A stretch of 64,000 nucleotides of DNA, taken from assembly GCA_036785375.1 (NCBI GenBank), contig JAWMAR010000025.1, forward strand, positions 8,742,001-8,806,000. Direction: 5' to 3'. The translations under genes and the position numbers were made by a program. Below are positions 12,491-26,321 of the stretch, piece by piece. The notes below the pieces were generated by a model that saw only the letters and a program-made list of their open reading frames with translations, searched no databases and was not told the DNA's origin. Within the stretch, counting starts at the first letter, position 1, and each line of letters opens with the position of its first letter. This stretch comes from Leucoraja ocellata (lineage: Eukaryota).

Positions 12491-15400
12491 GTGTACAGCT
12501 GTGTTCTCTTAATTTTTTTTAATCAATCATATATTTGATCATAATGTTTTTGAAAATGTTAAGTGCTTTGCTTGGGTATGCATGGGTACTAAATATAATT
12601 ACCATGTAATTACAAATGTGTGTAAAATAATAATGTAAATTTTGAAATCTTGTGCAAGTACACTCATTTCACGGCAGTAGAAAATAGAATAATTTTAAGA
12701 TGGTTAAATATAAAAAACGTGCTGGGCTAGATTTTAATTTGGTTAGGATTTTAACAACTATTTATAGGTAGCTCAAAATATTATTTAGAAGACTATTGTT
12801 TACAATATTCCATAGCGTACTGAAAGCGGATTATTTAAAACTAATGAAACGGGCATTTGTAGTTGATTCGACTATATCCAGAACTGTTTCATGAAAGATC
12901 TGGATTTTGTGGTAATAACGCCAGCAAAATTGATGGTATTCACAGTCATTACAGAGTGAAATTGACTGCAGTTACTAGGATACATATTTAGATAGTTGAG
13001 AAAATCCCATAAATATTTTGGTGATTCATTGTTCCCGACAGAGAGCACTGTTTTGCAACTCACCCCCATGATATTCTCCAACAATCAGTTGATGCAGACC
13101 TCATGTATTTATCAAATATTGGTGCTCCAAAGTACCCTGAAAACATTAGACTTTACTCCTGTAATGTAATGGTTAAACCCTGCATATATTTCATTACAGT
13201 TACATGAGGCTAAGCGTTTAAGCATCATAGAATCCTAGAAAGACACAACACAATAAGCGAAACATCTTCAGCACACCAAGTGAGGACTGAAAATTACCCA
13301 TGCATTTTCACACCCATCCTAACCTAACCTATTTTATTCTTCCCCCCCCCCCCCCCCCCAATACAAAAAACAAAAGTACTGTAAGAATTCAGAGGATCAG
13401 GGAGCATCTGTAAAGGGGATGAACAACAAGGAGTCTGAAGAAGGGTCCCATCCTGAAATGTTATCTGTCCATTCCCTTCACAGATGCTGCCTGATTTACT
13501 ATCCTCCACCACCAAGTTTTTTGTTAATAACTACAGCTTCTGCAGTCTCTTGTGTCCATTACTCTCCCCATATTTCTCTCTGCCCCCCCCCCCCCCACCC
13601 CTCCAAACTCTACCATTCATCTACAGATTGTGTTCAACTTGCAATAGCCAGTAAATCTGCACACTCGTCACTAGTTTTGAGAGGCAGCAACTCTACTTAC
13701 GGTGCCACTCCATTCCCCATGTGGCTAATGAGTCACGATTATGGCTTTGAGAACTCTTTATCCCATAAATAAACTAATCATATCCATGTGTATTATAATT
13801 CCCTCAGTCAAATATTACAAAAATAGAATGCACTATGATAGCAGTAGGAAGCTGAAATGCCAAATTTTGTGTACTTTGCACTTCTTAATTCATGTTCTGA
13901 AAAAAACATTTAAATTGTTGAAATTGAGCTGCTTACCCCCTGGATAATTGACTCTCTAAATAATTCAAAGAATTGCCTGGAATGTTACTGCATTTTTAAG
14001 CATGTTGCCCATTTTTTCAGGCACTGTATTCAGGTCCAAGTAGGCAGCTTGATCTATTTTAGTTTCTTTTTCTAAACCATTTGCCCCCTTCTATTATAAC
14101 ATTAACAGTATTCCCATCACATAATACTGATAGTTGAGGATCATATTTAAGAGCCAAGACCAGTGCAGAATCTTTATTTAGGTTATATTCCGTTATGACA
14201 TGTCCTTGAGCATCATTTGGTGGATCCATAAAATATTTAATGCCTCTCTGACACCAACTGGCTAAAAAATCTCTTCTCGTTCCCAACAGTCTAAAACTTA
14301 GTTGATTCGAAAATGTTGCTAGTTTTCACTAATTCTGCAAAGTATTTGTAATTTTTGTATGTTTTTCTTTTAATTTGCATCTAATCTTCAAACCCCTTTT
14401 TGCTTATATTTAATCAGTCGGCATCCTTGGGCCTTTTTTGTTTTGATTTTGAGGGTTCACATATTTTTTAATGTGTTAAACTAAGAATCATATTATTCAA
14501 GTTAATCCTTTTAATATCCAAATTGTATGTTTCTGGAATCTTTACTTTGACCAGTTTCCTTTCGGGTATTTTCCCTGACAGATTTGAAAGCAAATTGGAT
14601 GCAGTACTAAACACTAGATCTCAGTGTAGATATTTAATGAGTGGTCATTTTTTTTTCAGAAAATGAGCCATCTGCTAAGCCTGAAAATAGGTGGATGGGA
14701 AATATGTTTTGTTGATGAAGGGTAAACAATAGGAATCCTTTATCCATGCTGAAGGAAGTGATAGGCATGGGAAAATTAGAACACATAAAAGACACAGAAA
14801 GGTGTATATATAGGAAAATGTGGAGGGAAATGGACCAGGTACTGGCTAATCGGACCAGCTTGATTTGGCAACTTGATCGGCATGGATGAGTTGGGCCAAA
14901 GGGCTTGTTTCCATGTTGTACAACTTTGTGACTAATTCTTCCAAGGACACAGCTGCAACTTTATTATAATTTGTAATATTTTGTCAGACTTTTTTACATT
15001 TGTTTATTGATTATTCTGGACTGTTTTGCATTTATATGTCGTTTTCCTTTTATGTTCCCTACAATTATTGCAAACTATATTCTACCCTCATTGGATAACT
15101 GCTTTTCTTTCATCTGTCACCAGTCACCCTGTGCATGCACTGTACAGGCAGCATGCTTTTGTTATAATGCTACTCACTTGCTGCTTTGAACACGATCAAG
15201 CTCTGTACCTTAACCTGTGAATTTCCAAACACCTGTTACTTCCTTATTTTTCATTGTTCTTTTTCATTCATTTATGTTATGTAGAGAAGCCCACACATAT
15301 TGTCCTTGAGAAAGTACTAATGAGCTACTTGACTGCTGCGGTTCTCACACAGTATGTGACTGATCAAGTAGCGCTCATCTACTCACGGTAGTTAGACCCA

Positions 15401-15709
15401 GTGAGGATGATAGAATAGTTATGTATTTCTAAATTGGGATTTATTGTGGCTTGGAGTGGAACATGCAGTTAGTGTTATTCCACTGGAAGTGGGATGTATT
15501 CTTTATAATACATTATCAAACCATTGCCAATACGATTGGCTACACAGTTAAGCTGCAACACATGTCATTACCCAAGTTATCTATTATATGTTTATTTAAC
15601 CTTTATTCAAAATGATTTAGGATTGTTTACGTGGAATTTACTTGTGCTTTAAATTTACTCTTTCCAATAGCTTATTAAAATACAATTGATTACAAATGTG
15701 TTCTTTCAG

Positions 15710-15928
15710 ATATTACTTATGTCTTCAGCTGCGTCAGGACATAATTACTGGATGTTTGCCTTGTTCATTTGTTACTCTTGCCCTTTTGGGATCGTATACA
15801 GTTCAGTCAGAGCTGGGCGAATATGATCCAGAGCTACATGGAACAGATTATCTCACAGAGTTAAGGTTGGCTCCAAATCAAACAAAAGAACTGGAAGAAA
15901 AAATAAAGGAGCTTCATAAAACCCACAG
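15710..15928 (+). CDS. EPB41: EPB41 exon 8 (FERM alpha-lobe)
   Basis: tttcag|(R)[44 protein letters not shown]...ELHKTH(R)|gtattc; 219 nt. Confidence 0.96.
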
Positions 15929-17300
15929 GTATTCATTCTTAAATTAAAAACCTTTTAACTTGGAAGTTTGCTGGTTGAAATGCTCATGTGATCATAATTC
16001 TATTTTCCTCGATAAATATCTCTGGTGCCATCTTGGAAATTGGTCAGTCATTTTTTAAATATGGTTATACCTATTGTTCATGGTGCACTTTGGAAATTAA
16101 CAGTATCTTAGTTGCACTATAGATATTAGCATACTAATGGTTAAGGGGAAGCTTTTCAAAGTGGTAAACAAAAAGCAAACAAAAACAGGCACATGGACAA
16201 GGTTGAGTTGATAAAAGATTTGTAAAAACATATATTTAAAGACTAATTGTGTTTCATTAACCTGATTTGAATTCTTCTGCTGAAATACTAGAGAATGTTG
16301 ATAAACTGAGCATGGAAGATGTTGACCTCATGGATTTTCAGAGGCATTCAATAAAGCCCTACACCAAATGTTTGTTTACAAAATTGATACATCAAGATTT
16401 GAAGGGTCTGTCATTGAATATACAGGAACTTGAAAGCAGACTGGAGGATGAAAGACAATGGCTTTCTGTGTGGGTAGACAGTAGGGAACTGCTCTGTATT
16501 TAATTATTGATCAATTCATCTAAGTTTAGTTTTAGTTTACCGAGGCAGGGACTAATCAAAGATAATTAGCATGGCCTTGTTAGGAGGAAATGCTGTCTGA
16601 CCAACACAAATGAATTTTTCGAAGATAACAATATTTGTTGACAAGGCCAGTGCAATTGATGTTGCCTTTGTGGCCTTCAGTGAGGCCTTTGACCAGGTCC
16701 CAATAACAAGCTGGGTCAAAGGTTGGAGCCAGTGAGCTCCGCAGCAGGTCTTACTGAATGGTGAGGTCTATGTAACCCAATAGACCCTTCACCTCTGAAA
16801 AGTGAAATAATGAAAGTGGCCATATTATGCAGAAACCTTTCCTTCCAACTTCCAAAATTTGCTTGCTCTCATTATTGCTGTATATATTCTGTGGATGGGC
16901 GACATCTGTGATTTTTGATGACGAGGTATAGCCAGACTGCATTGATGTGTATCTGTGGTGAAGGACATTGAAAATTGTGATTAGTTTGCTCGTATCTAAT
17001 CCAAGCATCAATTGAAGCATTTCAAATGAGCTAACAGCATAGACCATGGATATAATCGTATTTTCTTTGTCAGGAGAACTGATCATACAGACATAATACC
17101 ATTATGATAGCTACTGGATATTTGTCAGTGGTGACTGTTATGGACTGGGTCTCCATTACACTGGTTGGGTAACTTGTCACATTGCTTATATTTAAAAAAG
17201 CAGACGCTCTCCTTCAAAGACAAAGGAAATATTAATCTCTTATGATATTGAGACATTTGATTATCAAAGTGCTTAAGTATTTTAAACTATTTCTTCCTAG

Positions 17301-17388
17301 GGCCATGACACCTGCACAAGCAGATCTGCAATTCTTGGAGAATGCTAAGAAGCTTTCAATGTATGGTGTAGATTTTCATCCTGCAAAG
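17301..17388 (+). CDS. EPB41: EPB41 exon 9 (FERM)
   Basis: tcctag|(R)[29 protein letters not shown]|gtacac; 88 nt; includes the AKKLSMYGV calmodulin-related segment. Confidence 0.96.
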
Positions 17389-19092
17389 GTACACTATCTG
17401 TTCATTAATTCTTTTACAAAATACTAAATATTCAGTTTTCCTCATCAAAAACATTGCAGGTCAAATTGTAAACATTTGCTTGTCTCTTTTATCTGTAGGA
17501 ACTAATGCAAGAAACTAGTGCAGAATGTTTAATTTCATAATGTCTGTCTATGCCTTTTGTGTCTGCTTAACATAAATATTTGGAGCTAGCAGTATAATTC
17601 AATCTTGTTAATGACTGCGGTTTAAATGTTCCAATTTCTAAACCATTGTTAGCAAAGCAGTGATTTAGCTATTAGGAGAAATGCACAATTAAACATTGGT
17701 GGGTGTCACAAGAGAGGAAACATACTAAGATCCAGAAACCAGTATTGCAATGGTTGAGGGCGATGTAGCCCAACCTTGCTTATGAAAAGTGAAATACAGA
17801 AACCAATAGTGCATGTGTGCAAAAGATAGTCCAATGATTGAAATGTAATTTTATATGCAGCTTATAACGCTTCCCAATGTTTAAACGTCTGTGGGATACG
17901 ATTCATAATGTTAAGCACTGTTGAATAGTTTGAAGACCAGTGTGTATTAATGTATCATTTGGTTTTTCAATTAGAATAGATAGTTGAATGCAATAGTTAA
18001 AAATGCAAATATTTTAACCATTTTGGTTACAGGTAACATTTGCAAATAGTAGGAATGCAGAATCTCAATATCATTGTCGGGCTACAAAGAAATTAGATGG
18101 GGGGGGTGGGGGGGAACCTGATGGGATTACTCTTCCAGGAGCTTGCCCAAATGGTGGCCTCCTGTGCTGTAATAATTATCTCAAAATTAGTAGAGCTGAA
18201 TGACTGCTTGTGTCAATGCTAATTGGAACAATTAAAATAGCATCCCAGTTCAACAAGTCTAATTCTGCAGAAAGCATTTCAGTGCTATAGTTGTTGCATT
18301 TTTAGTCACATTATCTTTTTTTTTTGTCTGTTTACCACAGTTGAACTCTTATTTATAATTGTTCAATTCTGGTAATGTCACCCGTGAATCTTTGTCTATT
18401 TCTGCATTTTCAAATATTACCAAAATAAGGAAAAATACAAGTTTTTTTTTTGCTTGCATTGCAGCATGTTGTTTCAAGTGATTTATTAATCCTTCTTACC
18501 CACAAAAAGCTTTTATCCTTTGACCCCATGACATTAATTTATAAATGTGCTATATACTGTACGTAACTTGTATAATTTTATTAACCACTTAAATTAATTG
18601 AAACCAGATAAATACAGTGAAGGCGCGGTGGAAGGTCATTTATGTTATGAATTACCAAGCTTTGGTGAAATTTATAGGTTACCCTGGCAATGTCAGAAAC
18701 TGTCAATTTGTGTAGAGATGAAGCAATTTGTCCCCTTTACAAACTACCCATTTTTCATCCCCCAGCAGATGAAATGCCTTCAACACATAAAATATGCAAG
18801 ACCTATTCAGAGTGCCTTGGGTCTAGAGTTTTGTAATTGGGGAGATGTATAATTTAAAAATGATAGTTATAAGCAAAGTTTGAATGAAGAAATGACTCTC
18901 ATTCTTGCATCTGTTGAACAGATTTTACCAATCATTGTTAAGTGCACAATGAGAAGATTTAAAACTTTTTTTGACCTTTTCAATTCCACAAATACATAAC
19001 CTTTTAGCATAAGAGGATAAACAAAAAATATATTTCCTTGGTGCAAACTCCAGCTCTTTGTGTTCACTACCCTTAATTACTTTGGCTTTTAG

Positions 19093-19245
19093 GACTTGGA
19101 AGGAGTGGACATCATGCTTGGGGTATCGTCTGGTGGCCTCCTTGTGTATAAAGACCGACTCCGAATAAATCGCTTTGCATGGCCTAAGGTTCTAAAAATT
19201 TCATATAAACGCAGCAGTTTCTTCGTTAAAATTCGTCCGGGAGAG
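19093..19245 (+). CDS. EPB41: EPB41 exon 10 (FERM C-lobe)
   Basis: ttttag|[51 protein letters not shown]|gtatgt; 153 nt. Confidence 0.96.
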
Positions 19246-20826
19246 GTATGTCTCCAGTTTAATACAAGTTTACGATGTGAAATTATTCATATTTTGGTTT
19301 AAAATATTAATTAACTCTTGCATCTACATACTTTAAGCAAGTACTTTCCATCATGATGTTCTGTATTAAGAATTTTCTGAAAAGATTTTTGATCTAAGCA
19401 TATTTTGTTGTGCTTAAATATCCATTTGTGAGTTTTGCTAATGCTCACATTTGGGTACTTAAGCACAATAAAAGCATTAATTGCCCGAGCCTTGCTGTCC
19501 TGAGGAACTGTGGGTGAATCTTTGTATTTGAACTGCTGTTCTATAGTTTCATACAGCTGAGTTACTTGGTCGACCACTTGAAAAGGCATTTACGCATGAA
19601 CAACATAGCCGCTTGGAGTTGCACATAAACCAGATCAGATCAGGAAGACGAATGCTTGGACATGGCAGTGAATCAGTTCTACAAGCACACTGTCTTGATC
19701 CATTTCTATAGGTGGCTTCATATCCCTTGATTTATTTTACAGAGAATTGAAGTTCTAATGCTACAGTGTTGAAAGTGGAATTCACATACGCTAGTTCAGT
19801 AGCATAATCATGACACTGCCATAGCTATATTCAAAATGTATCACACTCCTGCACTGTTTATGAATTCTATATTCTGCGATGTTAGCTGTATATCACACAT
19901 TCATTTATTGAATTCCTAGAAAATAACTACCCATTAGCTAGTTTGAAATAGGAAAACAAGGATTATAGATATTCTTTACTTGACAATGTTAAACATTAGT
20001 TTAACATAGAAAATAGAATCAGGGTTAGGTCATTTGCACCCTTGTGCCTGGTCTGCATTTAAAGAAGATTGTAGCTAATTGTTTGTCATTATGGCTGCCA
20101 GTTTCCTGCTTGTTTCCTATGATATCCAAAATTTTAACAATCCCTATCTTGAATATATTCAGTCACCAAGTCTCCATAGCTCTTATAAAGAGATACATAC
20201 TTGTTGTTAGTTGTATTTGGTTAAATGTTAGTCATTCTGTTCTTTTTAATCTGCATACGATCACTCCTACTCACCTGTGTAGTAATGGCAAGGGAAAGTT
20301 GGACATTGGAAAAGAGAGAAATTGCCATTGCACAATATTTTGATTTGTTTTAATGGGAAGAGACTGGAAAACAGAGTAGAATTGGGAAAACATTTCAGAG
20401 AAATGCCAAAACTATTATTCATTGTAATTGTGTTTCTTATCCAAGCAAACTAATTATATTTAATTTGATGTTTGAAATAATGAAGTTTCAATTCGTATCA
20501 TATTTTATTTTTATAACATCTGGGCTTTCTGATGTTACCGACGGTCAATTGAGTGCTTTTGAGATATCATTGTTCTGATGCAAGTAAAATCAACAAGAAT
20601 TCTACAGCTTGCAAAGTGGAAATAATAATTGTGAGAAATAGCCAAAAAAGCTGTTTTACCTCATGGTCTTCATGTACAATGTTGTGTTTGATGCACAAGG
20701 TTTTCTTGTGTCTTTCTCAATTCCTCAGGACATAGTGGGTGTTTGGAAGTATTGTTGTTTATAGAACTTATATGGACAACTTATTGTTGTCCATATAAGT
20801 GCTCGTAGTTGTGTGATGTGAAACTA

Positions 20827-21126
20827 AATGGCCTGATCCACTATACGAGTTTACCCAAGAGCTCTCCCGAGTTTAAAAAAAAAAATCAAACTCGTGGTAA
20901 GTCCGTAGCGGGTACGTTGGAGCTCGGGACGTCTCTTAGTGGCTCGTAACGCAAACGGCAGGTACTCGGGGAAACGCGGTAAGCTCGTGAAGTTTTTTCA
21001 ACATGTCGAAAAATGTCCACGAGAGCCCCGAGTACCTACGAGTGGCTATTACCGTAATTCTCCGAGTTCGTATCAGGGCAAACCCGGGAAAACTCTTGAA
21101 TTACCTCGTACAGTGGGACAGGGCCC
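20827..21126 (+). mobile_element. About 300-bp MITE, copy 1
   Basis: Imperfect TIRs ggcctgatccactatacgag / ctcgtacagtgggacagggcc, TA flanks; high similarity to 28539-28846. Confidence 0.8.
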
Positions 21127-21492
21127 TAAGAGAATAATCCCAGTAAACATGAACCAGACTATAAACTTTTGAGTTTAAAAAAATAGATGTAGCGCCATCT
21201 GTGGGCAGAATAAATTGTTGTTAGATCTCATTAAGATTTTTTTCTTTTCTGATCTGCCCTATACTATGTTCTCGTGAAAGCAGTAATATCTCTGGTATTG
21301 TGTTTAACCCAGTGCCACCTACTTTTTAATCCTTCCTGTTTTAGGATATTATTCTTGGGTAAAATACAAGTAAAAAATGCAGGTCAGACCTCCTTGGTAG
21401 AAAGACTTAATGTTTCAGATTGAAGACTTGTTTAGAAATAGAAAAATAAGAAAACTAGTTGGTTAGTTAGAATAAAACAAATCTCCTGTAGA

Positions 21493-21790
21493 GGATGGCA
21501 CAGTGGTGCAGATGGTAAAGCAGATGTCTCAGTGTCCGAGACCTGGGTTCGGTCCTGACCTCCGATGTTTGTTTGGAGGTGGACTGTTCTTCCCAAGAGC
21601 GCGTGGATTTCCTCTGGGTGCTCCGGCTTCCTCCCACATCCCAAAGTAGTGCGGGTTTGTAGGTTAGAATTGGCCCTGGTGTATATTTCCCTTATTGTGT
21701 GGGATAAAATAGAACTAGTGTGAACAGGTGATCACTGGTCAGAGCAGACTCATTGGGCCAAAGGGCCTGTTTCCATACTGTATCTTTTAA
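21493..21790 (+). mobile_element. tRNA-derived V-SINE (HE1-like)
   Basis: tRNA-like head (ggcacagtggtgcag...gggttcggtcc), V-domain gggtgctccggcttcctcccacatcccaaag, CR1-like tail gggccaaagggcctgtttcc. Confidence 0.8.
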
Positions 21791-22590
21791 TCAATCAATT
21801 ATGGTCGAGGACAAATTTGGAGTATGGCTTCTGTAGAAAGGAGATAGATTTTTTTTTTTAATTGCACAAAGGTATGAAGCAGAACTGCAAGCCACAATGC
21901 TGCTGAGTATGAGGTTTGAGGATTTATGGAGATATATTCCCAAATCCGAATAGTTTGTAACTTAAAGGGTATTCATCAGGTGTCATTGACAAGTAGGGTA
22001 TCTTTGTCATTGACTATGGAATATGATCCATTATATTTCTGTAGTACTAATTAAGCACATGCTTACACAGCAAATGTGTCAAAATACAAAAGATGGGTCA
22101 TATTCTCGGTGCTTTAGCAACCGTGTGACGTCAATTTCCAGTATTTCAAGCTGTGGCGATTCTTGTAACGCTTTAAAAAAAAATAGCTGCAAGTTTGTGT
22201 TGAAACCAGGAACTGCAGATGCTTGTTTACAAAAAAAGGCAGTGCTGGAGTCTGGAGTAATCAGCGTGTTGGGCAGCATCCCTAGTGAACTCATTCTGGA
22301 TGATCAGCCATTATCATGTTGAATGGTGGTGCTGGCTCAAAGGACCGAATAGCCTACTCCTACACCTATATTCTATGTTTCTAACGTGGCTAGGCGATGC
22401 TTCGGTTCAGAACTTTTTTCAGACCACGTTTGGTGTCGGGAACCTTCCTCAGACCTGAAGTAGAGTCCCAACCCGAAATGTCTCCTATCCATGTTCTCCA
22501 TGCATGCTGCCTGACCTGCTGAGTTACTCCAACTCTTTGTGCAAGTTAGTGTTGATGGAATTATTTATCTGTTCTGCATTCATTTATCAG

Positions 22591-22685
22591 GATCAGTGTG
22601 AAAGTACTATTGGGTTTAAGCTGGCCAATTACCGTGCTGCCAAAAAATTGTGGAAAGTATGCGTGGAAAATCATACATTTTTCAG
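22591..22685 (+). CDS. EPB41: EPB41 exon 11 (FERM C-lobe end)
   Basis: tatcag|[31 protein letters not shown](R)|gtatgt; 95 nt. Confidence 0.95.
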
Positions 22686-22878
22686 GTATGTATCTACAAC
22701 ACACAGCTGGAGGAGTAAAGAATAATTTGCAGAGAATGTAAATGTTTATTGATTCAAATATTTAACATTAATATTATGATCTTCCCATTTGCAATCGCCT
22801 ATAAGTTCAGCTTGTCGGTAATTCAAGTTGAAAAACCTAAAAGCTATCCCATAAAAGACTTTAATTGAATAATTAATA

Positions 22879-23190
22879 TAGTTTAGTTTAGAGATACAGC
22901 GCGGAATCAGGCCCTTTGGCCCACCAAGTCCGCATCGACCGGCGATCCCCGCACATTAACACCACCTTAACAATACACTAGGTACAATTAACACATACAC
23001 CAAGCCAATTAACCTCCATACTTGTGCATCTTTGGAGCGTGGGAGGAAACTGAAGATCTCGGAGAAAACCCACGCGGTCACGGGGAGAACGTACAAACTC
23101 CGTACAGACAGCACCCGTAGCCGGGATCGAACCCGGGTCTCCAGCGCTGCAAGTGTTGTAAGACAGCAACTCAACCGCTGTACTACCATG
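22879..23190 (-). mobile_element. tRNA-derived V-SINE (HE1-like), near full length
   Basis: Reverse complement has B-box GGTTCGATCCC, V-domain and (CTAAA)n tail. Partial copies at about 26988-27140, 27617-27746, 31150-31355, 37345-37570, 58225-58395, 61385-61465 and 62955-63100. Confidence 0.85.
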
Positions 23191-23393
23191 AACTAAAGTT
23201 CCTTAGTTGTGTGTATGAATTCTTTGCATGGCCAGGAAAACAAAAACAAACTTTAAGCCTAAAGTACCCATAAAGATTTATTTGACAACATTTTGATTAT
23301 TTTTTTTTGCCTTCACAGTAAAGAGAAAAATATTAGAATATTATTGTATGCTTTACCTCCCTACGCTATTTAACTTGACGTTTTCCCCAGTAG

Positions 23394-23566
23394 GCTGACA
23401 ACTCCAGAATCCTCGGCAAAAAGCAAGTTCTTGTCCCTGGGTTCCAAATTTCGTTACAGCGGTCGAACACAAGCGCAGACCAGGGAAGCAAGTGCCCTAA
23501 TTGACAGACCAGCGCCCCGTTTTGAACGTACTGCAAGCAAGCGGGCATCCAGAAGCCTTGATGGAG
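23394..23566 (+). CDS. EPB41: EPB41 exon 12 (FERM-adjacent FA domain)
   Basis: cccagtag|(R)[57 protein letters not shown]|gtaact; 173 nt, or 176 nt if the CAG at 23388-23390 is the acceptor. Confidence 0.95.
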
Positions 23567-24892
23567 GTAACTTTATCTGGGATTATAAATAAAACATCCT
23601 TACCTGCACAGTATCTTTGAAACTATAGGGTAACCACACCTATTACCAATGTAATGTTCAGTGGGTTTTTTAATTGAAACTACTGAAGATAGCCAGAGCA
23701 AGTTGATGGCAATTTTGTTTTATCAAATTATATTGCTTTCAATAGAAATCACACATTCAAATCATTTCTGCAGTTACTAAGTTTCCCAGAAAGCTACAGT
23801 ATATTAGATAAGGATAGCAATTGACTTTTTAACATATGTAATAAGTACTATGTGTGAAAATGTAGTTGTTCAACAGTTTGTTGAAACCTAGGAAGTGGCT
23901 GGTGCTAAAATCTTGTTTTATTTGCTGGTTATTACATTATTTTTTTCTTTAATTGGGAAAATTCCACTCGTGATGTTCTTACCAGCCTTTTTGCATTCTA
24001 AAAGGAAACTATCTCTTTGGGATATTAAATACATATAGTTGATTTGATTCAGTTTCCCTTGACATTAGAAATTGCAAGTGGTTCTGGCAATCAGAGCTAT
24101 TCGGCACCAAAACAGGCTCTTTGGCACAACTTGTTCGTGCCGAGCAAGATGTCGATCCAAGGTAGTCCCACTTGTCTGCATCTGCCCCACATGCTCCCAA
24201 ACCTGTTCTGTCCATGTACCTGTTAGTGACTTTTAAATGCAGCTACCACTTCCTCTGGCAGATTGTATGGAAAAAGTTGCCCCACGGATCCCTTTTTAAA
24301 TCTTTTAATCGAATGCAGAGGAATTGGAGGAAATTGGAGTAAATGATTAAAGGCTTTGACTGGCTTAATGGAGGAGGAATGTTTCTCGTGCTGAGGAGTG
24401 GAAGTTCAGGGGGTGCCGTGTCAGAATAAGAATTGGCAGTTTAAGACAGATGAGAAGAAATTTCTACTTCCAGAATGGTGAATCTTTGGAATTCTCTACC
24501 TGGAACAGCGGTGGAGCTCACTAATCGTGTTCATTGAAAACAGATCACTGGGCATGAAGAGAATAAAGGGCTATGGGGAAAAGTACTGGAAAAAGGTGCC
24601 GAGGTAGAAGATCAAACATGATCTTGATGAATGGCAGAGCAAGCTCAAGCTGTGTGATAGTTTGTTGCATCCTTTCATTATTCACCTGAAACGTATCGCA
24701 TCCCTCGTCCTCGGATGCTGACTGATCTGCTGAGAAGTTTCTGTTTTTTAGCATTTGCAATATATTTTGCAATTGCAATCCGAAAGCAGCATTTTCCTTT
24801 CCAGAAATTAATGATTTCCCTTGGAACTTTTCAAATCCACGATATGCTAATAAAGTTTAAATTATTTTAAAACGTTTTTCTTCTCATTGAAA

Positions 24893-25255
24893 CATATGAG
24901 ATTGTTAAGGGTTTGGACACGCTAGAGGCAGGAAACATGTCCCCGATTTTGGGAGAGTCCAGAACCAGGGCCACAGTTTAAGAATAAGCAGTAAGCCATT
25001 TAGAATGGAGACGAGAAAACACTTTTTCTCACAGAGAGTGGTGAGTCTGTGGAATTCTCTGCCTCAGAGGGCAGTGGAGGCGGGTTCTCTGGATGCTTTC
25101 AAGAGAGAGCTAGATAGGGCTCTTAAAAATAGTGGAGTCTGGGGATATGGGGAGAAGGCAGGAACGCGGTACTGATTGGGGATGATCAGCCATGATCACT
25201 TTGAATGGAGGTGCTGGCTCGAAGGGCCGAATGGCCTACTCCTTCACCTATTGTC
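24893..25255 (+). mobile_element. CR1-type LINE 3' end
   Basis: ...gagagtccagaaccaggggccacagttta...gtgagtctgtggaattctctgcc...ggctcgaagggccgaatggcctactcc tail. Confidence 0.85.
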
Positions 25256-25879
25256 TTCATTAAGACAAAACATGATTTTCGAATGAAAGGAACTGTAAAT
25301 GGTATATTTGTGCTAACCATGTGTGCATGTAAAATGGTAAAGTGTACACATTCTCTCCAGCCAAACGTAAGCTTCCAAAAACTTGCATTGAATTACCAGT
25401 GGACGAGGATCCTGAGCACAGATGCATTGAAGCACCCAAAGAGCAGCCAGGTACTGGTTTGTTGGCTTGAAGCTCTGTGGTGCTCCTGTTAATTCATCCT
25501 ATCCTTCTCAACAAGAAATTGGTTGCACTCGCCATCTGAAGTTCTTCTGTTGATGTAGTAATTTTTTTTTCTAAACATGATGATTAGAACTTAAACTGGA
25601 GATAAATTATTATTTTTAACCACTCGCTTTGGTGCTGTGAAAGATTTTGCAATCAAGTAAACACAAAGTGTGGATTAAATAGTCATCCAAATCAAATGCT
25701 CTTATAAGAATGATTTATCAATAGCAGCTGTTTTCTTCAATACAAGGTAATGAGTACTTTTGTGGTAGTTTTGAATGATTAACAAAGCATTTGACATAAT
25801 AAATGTGCATGCTTAAATTTGTGCTGGTTTCTAAAATGCATAGTAATTACTTTTGTAGTTTTGAATGAATGGCAAAGCT

Positions 25880-26321
25880 TTTTTTTTTTTTTTTTTAATT
25901 AGAAGTACAATAAGTTACAGTAGTACAAGCCACATATATTTTATTACATTTGTTGTACCCCTTCATGTTTTGAGCTTTAAGAAAGATAGAAATAAAGGAA
26001 GTAAAGAAAGTGAGAAAGAGTCGTGATAGTGCAAGAAAGTGTTGAAAGAAAAAAGCCCATTAGAGGAAGAGTTAGAGAAGAAAGTTAAGAAATAGACCCT
26101 AGGAAAGAAAGAAAGAAAGAGAAACAATTGCTGTATTATTTAAAAAAACGCGCAAAAACGGATATACCAACTTCATATTTTTCATCCCCCATTACCAGAT
26201 CCTGGCACCATTTATTTTTTTAAATTACTGTTGCACCTTATACTTGTAGTAAATCAATAAATGCAGACCACGTCTTTTGGAAGTGGTCTGCTTTGCCTGC
26301 AAGGAGGAGTCTCATATCTTT
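25880..26321 (-). mobile_element. 5'-truncated L1/Tx1-like retroelement with poly(A) tail and 10-bp TSD
   Basis: Poly-T from about 25879; TGGCAAAGCT at 25870-25879 and 26322-26331; minus frame DMRLLLAGKADHFQKTWSAFIDLLQV* resembles fish L1 ORF2 C-termini. Confidence 0.75.

Noticed and set aside
23100-23190. tRNA-like A/B-box sequence
   Set aside because: Head of a SINE; no cloverleaf or acceptor stem.
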